Positions 40,205 through 51,490 of a stretch of DNA of 64,000 nucleotides are shown here, piece after piece. Below the pieces are notes generated by a model. The model was not told the origin of the DNA and did not search any database. It was given only the letters and a program-made list of their open reading frames with translations. This DNA is from Antedon mediterranea. Lineage: Eukaryota; Animalia; Echinodermata. The position numbers and the translations under genes were made by a program. Location of the stretch: positions 18,431,365 to 18,495,364 of the forward strand of contig NC_092678.1 in NCBI RefSeq assembly GCF_964355755.1, in the 5' to 3' direction. How positions within the stretch are numbered: position 1 is the stretch's first letter; the number at the start of each line of letters is the position of its first letter.

Positions 40205-41049
40205 AACATAGAAGACGTTAATAAGAAGCTGACCTGTTATTAAAAAGCTGACTTCTTTATATATTTATTTTCTATATTTTATTTAAAAATATATTTTTAA
40301 AATATAGCTTTAGTGAGTGTTATAAGTTTCTGGAAGCACAGTTTAGCAATAGTTGTTCGAATATGAAACAATATTATATAGTATAATGAAAAGCATGTTT
40401 GAAATATATTGTTAAATATGAACTAAAGTGCCTCAGTGCTTATCTAAGAAACATGTTTAACTGCATTTAAAAACATGCTATGCTATTCAAAATAACATTC
40501 AATAATTAAGTCTGTACTATTAACCAAACAAAGTTTAAGGAAATATAAAGGTAATGAAGAAAATGAAAAGATTCAATGATTTTTTTTTGTGAGAGATTTG
40601 GTGTGAGTGTTGTGCAAGAAGGCAAACACTTTTTCTTGATACATTTGTAGAAGATTTATCATGTCATAAACATTTATTTTATTTGTAGTTGGAAGACTAA
40701 GTCCTAATTTCAGTCGTACAATGTGTTATGTGTTACTCTTATTTTGAACATATTGCTTGGTGAAATTTAAATTTGTTTTTATTTGTCTGTTTAGGGTTGA
40801 CCAACTATCATGTGTTTAGCACCTGTTAGATCTTTCTTTACCTTTCATATTTGTTTGTTTTGTGTTTAGATGAAAAATTGAGTACATAAAAAGAATAAAT
40901 ATTGTCATAATCATGAACTAACCTTTAATATTTCATATTTCAATTCCAAATTTATTTTCTCTCTTCTGGCTTGCGAGCTTAATCGACTCTTTAGAATTCC
41001 AAGACATTTTTTTTAACAAATAAGTGGAACGAAATTTGATCGATTAAAG

Positions 41050-41290
41050 GAGCTGGAGCTTGGTGGTGTAGTGGAGCTGTAACTTGGTGGTTAACCTGCT
41101 TTTCTTCCAATCCAAAGATCCAGGGTTTAATCCTCACCTAGTTCCAGATTCTACGACTCTTTCAACTCCACTTCCTAACCCTCAAATGAGACTTAGTTTC
41201 TAAACATGATAAATTGTAATAACAAAATAGTTTATCCATCCTGTAATTGGCAACTTGCTGTTGAGTGCATATGGAATAACAAAATAAAAG
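41050..41290 (+). mobile_element. tRNA-derived SINE (degenerate)
   Basis: A-box TGGTGTAGTGG, B-box-like GGGTTTAATCC, A-rich tail. Confidence 0.55.
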
Positions 41291-41383
41291 TTGTATAAAC
41301 TTTTTATAGAAAATATATAATCACAGATACTTATTGTTCATTTATTTTAAATTCTATTTGTTTTCTTTCCTTCAACCCTCCAG

Positions 41384-41392
41384 CATCTTAAG
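41384..41392 (+). CDS. Candidate 9-nt microexon (His-Leu-Lys) of the Kv4 gene
   Basis: Long polypyrimidine tract ttttctttccttcaaccctccag|CATCTTAAG|gtatgt. Phase 0/0, no stop, lies between the two Kv4 exons. No transcript evidence. Confidence 0.55.
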
Positions 41393-41659
41393 GTATGTTT
41401 ACTGTCTTGAATGTTCAATATTCCTTTTTTTTTCTGCTTGCTTTTGTCATTGTTGGTTTCCATTACGATAAATTTATAATTGAAAAGTTCAGACATTCAG
41501 TAAAAATTAAAATTAAACTAAAAAGTGATTGACTAAATGCCCCCATATTTTTTAAGTAGTTCTGAATATAAAGCACCTCTCTTTAAGTTTTTCTTTTAAA
41601 TATATGACAGTCAAGTAAGTGCTTATTTCTATTGAAAAATTAGTACTGATTTTTTAATA

Positions 41660-42170
41660 CGGCATGCTCTCAAATAAGTGCCACTTTTAGATGCTATTAA
41701 AGAAGTAATGCTTTTTAGTATATGTCACACTCAGATTAGTGATGGTATTGACAAAATAATTCTATGAATATGTGATGCTCTCAAATAAGTTTTTAGTCTT
41801 TAGAAAGAGCCACACTTAGATTAGTGATGCTTTTGAATAAGTGATGCTTTTGAATAAGTGATGCTTTTTAATATGTGATGCTCTCAAATAAGTGATGCGT
41901 TTGCATATAGTGCTACTCATAGATTAGTCATTGAAGAAATGGTGCTATATGAATATGTGATCTCTCAAATAAGTTCTTTATAAAAATGTTTGGCCAATCA
42001 GATTAGTGATGCTATTGAAGAAATAATGGTTTCAAATAACTCTCAGACTAGTGATGGTATTGAATAAGTGTTGCTATCAAATAAGTGATGCTATCAAATA
42101 AGTGTTGCTATCAAATAAGTGATGCTATCAAATAAGTGATGCTATCAAATAAGTGATGCTATCAAATAAG
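41660..42170. repeat. 17-bp minisatellite (CAAATAAGTGATGCTAT)n
   Basis: Near-perfect copies at 42060-42170 and degenerate ones upstream. Confidence 0.88.
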
Positions 42171-42669
42171 TTCTTCTTTTTAGTAAACGCAACTGCCAGT
42201 TACTGTGAAAAAGTTATGTTGCTATTTTAGAGTTTGCCTCTTTTAGAGTATGTCTTTATTTTGAGTAAGCACTATTCTTGACTTAGTGCTTCTTTTTAAT
42301 AAGTTCTTTTTTGAGTATGTTTGGAACTTATATGTTTCTTCTGAATAAGCACAACTTGCAGCTTAGTGCTTCTGTAAGTCTTTAAATTTCTTTTGAGTAA
42401 GTGTCACTCTCTCAGCTTAGTCCTGGTTTAAGTTAGTTTCTTCAACTAAGTGCTTCTTTTGAATAAGTGCCCTCTCAGCTTAGTGGTTCCTTTAAGTATA
42501 GTGTCTCTAAAAAAAGTACCACTAACAGATTTGACCTTGATAAACATCTCTTCGTATAGGCGTCATTCTCTTTCAGCTCAAATAGAAAGTTAATAAATAC
42601 TATTTGTAATAAATGAGATTGTTCATATCTGGTATTACAATATCAAATAGTATAAGATAATTAAAAATA

Positions 42670-43005
42670 ATATTTACTAGTTTAAATGAGATAGATTTAT
42701 AGACTAGTTTAAATAAGATAGTTAATTTATTGACTAGTTTAAATAAGATAATACATTTATTTTATATATTTGTTTATTTAATTGATATATTGGATAGTCT
42801 TTATATCAAATATTATATTTCTCCATGGTATATTAGATAATTTGAAATATAATAGTTGACTAAGTTTAAATAGATAGTTAATATATTGACTAGTTTAAAT
42901 AAGATAGTTAATTTATTGACTAGTTTTAAATAAGATAGTTAATTTATTGACTAGTTTACAAGATAGTATGTTAATGTATATAAAGATAGTTAATTTATTG
43001 ACTAG
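42670..43005. repeat. ~30-bp AT-rich minisatellite
   Basis: GACTAGTTTAAATAAGATAGTTAATTTATT repeated about 7 times. Confidence 0.85.
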
Positions 43006-44854
43006 TGAGTTTATATTAGTTCATGAATCATGATTAAATAATGATATAAAAAGTTTTTTTAATGAATATTTATTAATCAATGTTTTCATATTTTATACAT
43101 AGCATATTATTTTTTTTTCGTTTTTGCAAGGGATGTGTATTTTGATTGTTTGTCTTGTGTGTTTTTAACATGTACATGTTTTTTTGTGTAATTTTTTTCT
43201 AGTATGTAGTAGATTTATTTTAGCTTTTAATTTAATGAAATAGATACATAAAAACAATTTTAAATTAGTCTAATTTTGCAAATTTTTTCCTTACATTTTT
43301 AATTTAATATAATTTGAACTAAACTTTTTCAAATTTACTATTTAGTAGTTTAGTTTTTAAACTGTTATTTTGTAATTTTTTATTGTTTAAATGTATTTGT
43401 TTATGTTTGTTTGTTATTGTACATAACCATACTGCAGGTGATCACAAGTTAAACATACAGTATATGACACTGTATTGTATAATTCTCCTATGATACTGGA
43501 CATACAGTACCATATGTGGAGATACAGGTTACGTATATCTCAAAACTGCATAAAATAATTCCAAGTCATTACTCTGTTTACGCATCGCTGATTCGGAAAC
43601 ATTTGTGAACATATTAATATACAGAATTGATGAAGAAGATATGCCTTTCTTAGTAGTACCGCTTAGTTTAATTTAGCATAGCATTGGGAAATTATAGTTA
43701 TGAATTTCTTTAATACAGTTAGTTTGAGAAACTAGAATGTTTATTATTCTGGTAATGTATGAACATTTCTTTTATTTTCTCAATTGATTGTGTTACCACA
43801 CTGTATTTATTATAAACAATTAATCAATGTCTATTTTTTGTCTAGCTTACCTGGATAAACCAACAATATCCATTGCTCTCCTAAGCAATGATATAAATAC
43901 ATAAATCTTTGAATATTTCTCTACAGTAATGAACTATTCTACCAATTATGTCATGCATTTATATTTGTTGCCAGTTTATCTGGATAAACTGACAATAGCC
44001 CTTGATCTTCGGAGCAATGATAAAAATAGATAAATTTTCGAATATCCCTCCATAATAGTGGCCTAATCCAACATCAATGTCATGCATTTCGGTACCTCTA
44101 GTTGTCTTTATCATTCATATTTCAGCTAAAGAACCTTAGAATGGAAAATCTTAAATATTACTGACTTAATTGTTATATACAAATCAAATCACCTGATTTA
44201 ATCAATTGATCTTGTATCATCTTGGTAAAATTAAATAAAAATGTAAAACCTTAATTGATGACGTTTTGATTGTGAAATTAAAGAATTTTCAATGAATATG
44301 ATTTGTCAAAAACAATTTTTCTACAAAAGCCTGTAGCCATGTAGCTTAGATTTCTGCAATATCCTTCAGATCATTTTAATTATGTATTTAATCAATTCCC
44401 CCTCTTAACTTGGATATGATAATAATAAGTTATTTATGCCTTGGGCTTATATTATAATGGATTTTTAATATTTTGAAAATAAATATTAAATCAATAATAA
44501 CAAATTATTGTCTATTTATACAATAATCAGACATATTAGTGTAGATTTCTTATATACTTCTGTATGGTGCTAATATGCTGCATATTACAATCAGGCATGC
44601 ATTCCAAGATTGTCACAATCCTTGTGAGTTTATGCACTTTATAGAAATCAGGATTTTACAATAATTATTAACCCATTCCCCCAAAAAATTGGCCGATACT
44701 CTACCTATAGAGAGAGAGAGAATTTGTACTTATGTTCGTTATACACATTTTACTAATGAACACATTCATTACACATATCGGACTGGGAATGTGTAAATGT
44801 AGCTAAAACTGTCTCCTATAGATCCATATCGACCACAAATGACGTCGAACATCT

Positions 44855-45432
44855 CAAAGGCTCTACTTTCTCAGAAAACTCAAGTAAATTAGAGTTGATA
44901 ACACTATTTTAATTCTATTTTATCAAAGTATTATTCAAAGTATTCTATCTTTTAGCATTGGATGTTTTTATGGTAACTTTACTGAAAATGATAAGAAAAA
45001 TATTGAGAGACCACGTAAAATTGCACAAAGTATTATTAAAGCTGATCTTACGCCTTGTTCATTTATCTATGAAAAGAGTATTCTAAAAAAAGTAAACAAT
45101 ATTATGAAAGACCCCACTCATCCGTTACATTACTGTTATAACTTAAATAGATCAGGCATTAGGCTACGACCTCCAAGAGCAAATCTTTGTAGAACTAGAA
45201 AATCCTTCGTTGTAAATAGCATTCATATTTTTAATTCTAATGTAAGACGTTAATGCAATTTTTAATAGTTTTACATTTTTAACAGTATTTTTAACTTTTT
45301 ATCTTGTATTTTTAATCTGTTATAATACTGCACGTTTTTAAATTGTTGCAATATTGTTGTTTTAATCTACCAAGCAAAGTGAATTTTGCATTTTTATGGA
45401 CAAATAAAATTTCTTGAATCTTGAATCTTGAA
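44855..45432 (+). mobile_element. 5'-truncated Rex1/Babar (CR1-group) LINE: ORF2 C-terminus plus 3' UTR
   Basis: QRLYFLRKLK*IRVDNTILILFYQSIIQSILSFSIGCFYGN...IMKDPTHPLH...SGIRLR...RTRKSFV, stop at 45253. One in-frame stop. (CTTGAAT)n tail. Confidence 0.9.
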
Positions 45433-46534
45433 CTTGAGAGAGAACTGGAGAGATTCCCACTCTTGGGCGGTTATTACTCTGAGTGTAAAGTAGGTGAAAA
45501 TCTGACCTTTATAGTTTTAGTGGAGGTGTAAAAATTGAGGAGTTTTTCCTTGAATTTCAAGGATAAGATGTATTTAAATTTAATGAATATATAGTTAAAT
45601 TTTACTTTAATTTCTACTGGCAGGAATTTACTGTCAGAATAACCTTCATTTTTTTTTCCATCAAAACGATTTACTGCAGTATAACTTTTGTGTACTGCAG
45701 TATAACTTTTGTGTACTGCAGTATAACTTTATGAAACAGTCATTACAATATACAGTGTGTATAATGATACACCCCAAAAGAACTTGTTAAACAATTGAAT
45801 ATGTATAATGTAATTACTACAGTAACTGCAGTAGATTCATTTATGTACATGTTGGTCCCTATAGAGCTAAAAGTTAAAGGAAACAGAAATTTTCAGTGAA
45901 TGGCCATCATCATCATAATAAAAAGTTGCAATAAAGCCATTCTAGTCAAATAGAAAGGAACGTGCATTTCTCAATTTACTTCTAGGTAAAAAAACTCCAC
46001 TGCAAACATATGTCTGTAAATTACAACGATTTATCACTAATTGTCATCTGTCTTGTTCGAAAGCAAGATGATAATTATCATTATCACAGTGCATATTAAT
46101 CTACAGGAATTTGTTTAAATGTATTAACATAGAAATCTTGATGACAACAGAAGCTAAAGTAACTTCATTTGAGAGTAAATTTATCATATCCAATTCTATT
46201 TTCTCTTTCCTCGATTGATTCCCCCGGGTCTTGCTTTTATACAGTTTGATTCCAGTTCTCTGTAACACGCTGGTTTGTTTTATGATTACATTGAACGAAG
46301 TATTGAATTACTTTAATGGAATCGAGTTGTTAATTCACGAGTCTAAATTCCGCAGATTTATTGAGCGTTTGTTTGCAAGTAGCTTCAGTATACTTTAATG
46401 TGTGCCAGAATATTATATAACCAGTTGCTTTTTCCAATTTTAAGTATTTTTTTTTATGGTCTATAATTTTAGGTTTTTAGGTCACAATGTTTTCACCTGC
46501 TAATAAAATGTGTAATGTGAACCATTATGTTTGT

Positions 46535-46790
46535 GGGGAGGCTCCCACCTAAGGGCATAGTTTATGGACTATACAATTTATGGAGAGGGGTGTTCAATGA
46601 AAATGTCTACTTTTCGAGGTATATCTCGCTCTTCAAGGAGAAAGGGCTATTATCGGTTTATCCAGGTAAGCTAGGCACAAATAGACTCGGATTAGCCTAT
46701 GTAGTCCAGTCTGTTTGTAGAATTTGTGGTGCCTAGCTTACCCGGATAAACTGACATTAGCCTATTTCTCTTTGAGGAAAGTGCTCAAAT
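46535..46790. mobile_element. Two opposed copies of the CTTACCTGGATAAAC repeat family (TAG-ended, possibly Academ-like)
   Basis: ggtttatccaggtaagctaggcac at ~46655 and gtgcctagcttacccggataaac at ~46729. Confidence 0.6.
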
Positions 46791-49650
46791 ATGTTTAAAA
46801 AATCAGTCTTTAGAAAATCAACAGTGTTTTGAAGATCTATTTAGCTGTAGCTTCCATAAAGAACTTTTCTGATCAGTGCTATAGGATCCATAAAATAATT
46901 TAGTATTTTGAAAAGCAAGTTCTTTTGTGTGGAGTTTGGTGGTTTTGATACCATGGATCCTAACATCTTGTCAGATATCAGGATTTTTTGTGGAAATGTT
47001 CAACAAAACTCCCAAAGAGTTTGTTTGTGTACAATATCTTGGTTGTTTGTCCTGCGAATTGGATAGCTATCACTCTGGAAGACAGGTTCACTTGGCAATC
47101 CTTGATATACTGTATATACTAAGACTATACCTTAATATATTATTATATATGTTTGTATAAGTGTCATATGTATTGTTACGAAAAACAATTGGTACAATTT
47201 TTCAGTTTTAATAGATAGAATTACTATTGTTTTTGCAAGTTTAGAAAAAGATATAACTCATAACTTCTTTTAATGATAATACAATTAATATTCATAAGTA
47301 TAATTTGCATAGACCAGAAGCTTTTAGTGCAGAATCACCAGAATGCACATTCTATGTACAGTATTAGCCATCATAATCCTTATCAATATATGTTAATTAA
47401 TACAGATTATTCAGCAGTTGTTTTTAATACCTATATCAGATAAAATAAATTGGCAATCAGAAATTGAATTATACTATGGACTAATGAATTAGTTATCACA
47501 TAAAAGCAATCCATTTAACATGACCAGATTTTAATATATATGAAAGACCCCGCAAAGATAGTCTTTATAATTGATTGTGTTTTTTTTGTGGATTCAATAT
47601 TTGATTATTGATTTTTCTTGTTAATGTGATATTTGCCCTGTGTGCCATTTCTTGGTAACAATATTTATTGTGTTTACGATCATACTTTCATTATTCATTA
47701 ATTTAGATAGGCAATGATAGTAGGCGCCATATGATTAATATTTTGACGGCAGTGGTAATGATTTGCATATGGATGTCAGTACTAGAGACTTGGACATAGT
47801 TTACCTGGATTTCATGCATAGGTTACCTGGATAAACCAACATTGGCCTTTTTCCCTAGGAGGGGAGAAATTAACTCTAAAAGTGATACACATCCTGTATC
47901 GTCCATGAGCCATTGTTTGTGTTTTAGTCTATTGCGTTTTTAGCTTACCTAGATGAACCGCATAGGCCTCTTCCCCTTCAAAAGGGAGAACATAATTGAA
48001 AAGTAAACATTTCTTCCTGAACTCCCCTCCAAGACATTGGTATTTCCCATAAGCCACGCCCTCATGTGGATAGCAGTACTTATTATTGGGACCTCCATGT
48101 GTATTTCCGGTGAATTTGAGAATTGTTGTTTTTGTTGTGCATGTTTTTGATAATATAAATCAATATTGACAGGGCATATCGAATCCAGCCAATCGTTAAC
48201 ACATTTATTTGTATGTGGGTGACATACACATATCCCCATAGAACAGATTGGATGTTGATTTCTGGCACAGACTACACTTTCTCCATTTTTCTTTAAATCT
48301 TCCACTTGTTTTCAGAGAGTTTTGCCACTTTATAAATTCATAATCATTAATACCTTGCAGTAAATAATGGAGTTTTTCCCGATAGAAATTTAGAAATGAA
48401 GTATTTATGGCAATATTTCTTGAAATGATACACTTTGTTTAGATGACTTTTATGATCATTATTGTGAATGATACCAATGATGAGGAAAATGCATTTGATA
48501 TTAAATCCTTAAAAATACTGATGTTGCACATTACCAGTAATTGTTGGATGATTTTTTATATTATGATTTAAATACAGTTGTCTTTGATATCAGTTTGATT
48601 CTAAACAGCTATATTCTGCAAAGAAGTAAAGCTATTCATCAATTTTGTAGAATATAGAATGTAATATTAAGTAAATCAGTGTTAAAAAGAAATGCTTTAT
48701 AAGGCTTTTCAAAACGTAAAAACTTTTACATAATAAACGAACATGATCATTCATCAACTTTTGTTTGATAGCATTTTGAGTGGAAAGTGATTAATTTAGA
48801 ACTAAGTTGAGATCAGAGATCGCAGCCTAGCAGCAATTAAGGTCTAAGCAACTTGGCTAAACTTTTATTGAGCTATGATTATAGATGTTTATGAAGGCAT
48901 GGTGAGATATGGTGTTAGCATGCCACACGTTTTGTAACCTTCTTGCGGTGTCCTTCTTTCTGATGATTGATTTCATGTAAAGATATTTTTTTGCTGATAA
49001 TCATTTCCATGCTTCTTTATTTTTATATAAATTCAAATAATGAAAGGGAAAATAATACTGTATAATAAATAATTATTGATAAGTAGTAAACGTAAAAAAA
49101 AATGCCAGAAATTTGAATAAAGAATAAGTGTTGGTAGTCCTGACCAAATTGAAAAGTTGTATTTCCTCATCATATTCATTTTCACCATCATTGTCATCTT
49201 CATGATCCTTTTCCTTTCACTGTACAGAACCATATTTTAAGTAGTTGCAAATGTGGCCTAGTTGTCGCATAAAAAAAGACAATTTAACAGCAGGACACCA
49301 AGCTCTCCTTGCCAAGATAGGAACTTGTAATAGTCCTTTGATCTTATGTCTGGCTACGAAAAATACCAACAGTATATACTGTGTACATATTCTCTGAGGC
49401 GCATGGAACTGATTGTGTCACAGCCACAGATAAACCCTTTGATCTCCGGACCTCATCATCCTTTTATCTCCTATATAAACTAAACTATGCTCATCCATCT
49501 TGTCCACAACGACATGGTCTAAAATTGACCAGTACACCGGAATACATTATACTCTATTAAAAAATGTACTGGCTTCCTAAAAGTCTAGATGGTTACTTTG
49601 GACCCACAGTTTTGAGTTCATATCCAAGATTTGGTCGAGAAGAGAAGTCT

Positions 49651-49758
49651 AAGTCTGTTTGTACATGCTTACCTGGATAAACTGACATTAGACTGGCTCC
49701 ACTTCATGGGAAAGGGCTAATGTTGGTTTATCCAGGTAAGCGGCACTCATATAGACTA
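49651..49758. mobile_element. ~110-bp hairpin MITE of the CTTACCTGGATAAAC family
   Basis: Arms gcttacctggataaactgacattag / ctaatgttggtttatccaggtaagc. Ends AGTCT...TAGACTA. Confidence 0.7.
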
Positions 49759-49891
49759 CTAACATCATGTCCGATTTGTGAATTAACCTTGCCCTTAACC
49801 TTGAAATCTATCTGAATATATAATTTAAAATATATTTATTTAATATTATAAATATTAAATTTTTAAATAAATCATACTTTGTATTTTTCAG

Positions 49892-49981
49892 ACGGCAAGG
49901 TTAGCAAGAATAAAACTGGCAAAGAATGCAAGTGGTACCGCATTTGTAGCCCGCAAGAAGGAAGCTGAACGACTTGCCCAG
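49892..49981 (+). CDS. Shal: Shal/Kv4 next exon (proximal cytoplasmic C-terminus)
   Basis: ttttcag|ACG...CAG|gtaaga, 90 nt, phase 0/0. TARLARIKLAKNASGTAFVARKKEAERLAQ matches the Kv4 ARLARIR..K.S..AF motif and joins in frame to the previous exon. Confidence 0.95.
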
Positions 49982-50470
49982 GTAAGAACAACATAATTTT
50001 AAGTTTATTTGAGACCTTTTCATTACATTTGTTTTTTCCTAGTTTTGGTTTATTTCATGTCTATTATTTCTTTCTGATAATATTCTAAATTCTCCTAAAG
50101 GAGCGAATATAAACTAAAGAGTAGGGGATTGTCTCCTGATGTGCTGATTCTGGAAGGCACTGCACTGCTGGCTGATGTGGATCCATAGAGGCTCTAATCC
50201 GAACTTCCTTAATTTCTAGGCATACCTTTACTATACCAACCTAATAATAATATCGACCTTTTAACAACACCACATAGCTGTTGAGTCTAATTGTCATTTT
50301 GAGTATATTTATTGAGCTGCATATTTCCATGGAGATAAAAGTTTGCTAAAAACATTTGAAAAAGGATACTTGAACAGCGGTAACGTCCAACCTGTTTCCC
50401 GTTGGGTTTGGTCCGTAAGAATTTGGTGTTCATATACATGATTGGTTGCATGACATCTCAAACTCGCTAA

Positions 50471-50625
50471 AGCCTGTTTTCCTGTTGAGTTGCGATGGGT
50501 TGTGTTGAATTGACCAGATTCAACGTCAGAACCAAAAAATGTGTAAATATTAGTGGTCTAGCTTGATCATCGTTGTCATTATTTAATTATTTGAAAATTC
50601 AATGTAGCTCGACTGGAAACAGGCT
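50471..50625. mobile_element. Harbinger-like MITE
   Basis: AGCCTGTTTTCC...GGAAACAGGCT termini. TAA on both flanks. Confidence 0.75.
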
Positions 50626-50813
50626 TAATAAATTACTCCTATTGTTATTAATGACATTACTGGTTATGTTTCTCTAATGCAATGGTATTACTTTTAATGA
50701 GAGAATGTTTACATTAATGTAATTTATACGTAGCATTAAGATGTGATATAATGTGGACGGATCTCCCTTGAGGCATATTGCAGACATTCTTTCTTGAACT
50801 TCTTTTGTCTCAG

Positions 50814-50828
50814 GAGAAAGGTAGATAA
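50814..50828 (+). CDS. Candidate alternative terminal exon (EKGR-stop) or 7-nt microexon of Kv4
   Basis: Strong acceptor ttctttcttgaacttcttttgtctcag|GAG AAA GGT AGA TAA. Gives ...LAQ-EKG, resembling Q-E-S-G of insect Shal. An internal AAG|gtagat donor is also possible. Confidence 0.25.
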   Translation, partial: EKGR

Positions 50829-51009
50829 TTGTATCATGCATGTTATGTATTTAATAGAAATAACTTTTGTTGTCTGTGAATTTCAGAGCCTGCCTAATGT
50901 TAATACTCTTAAAACTATAATTCCAAGTATGTAATGCTAAGATTCTTTGGTTTTAACACCATTTCTCAAATATTGATACTCTTTAATCTTATCACTATGA
51001 CATTTTTTG

Positions 51010-51490
51010 ACAAAAGCTCTATATGCTCTAATTTAGTGTATATGCTCCAACACAATAGTAACACATTTAATTCTAAAACGAATGCAGTAAATAAGTGTCT
51101 ATGCTAATAGGCAAAGAAGTGTTCTGAGACGAATGCTCCAAATTAATGTCTATGCTCAGACACAATAACGAAATATTTAATTCTGAGATGAATGCTGATA
51201 ATTTAGTGTCTATGATCAGGCACAATATTTTTTTGAGACGAATGCTCCAATTTATTGTCTATGCTAAGTCACAATAGTGTTCTGAGACGAATGCTCCAAA
51301 TTAGTGTCTATGTTCAGGCACAATAGTGTTCTGAGACGAATGCTCCAAATTAGTGTCTATGTTCAGGCACAATAGTGTTCTGAGACGAATGCTCATAAAT
51401 CAGTGTTATGTTCAGACACAATAGATAAACATATAATTCTCAGATGAACACTGTAATTTAATCTCTATGCTCAGACACACAATAGTGAAA
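51010..51490. repeat. ~49-bp tandem repeat
   Basis: AATAGTGTTCTGAGACGAATGCTCCAAATTAGTGTCTATGTTCAGGCAC at 51273, 51322 and 51371, plus degenerate copies. Confidence 0.9.
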
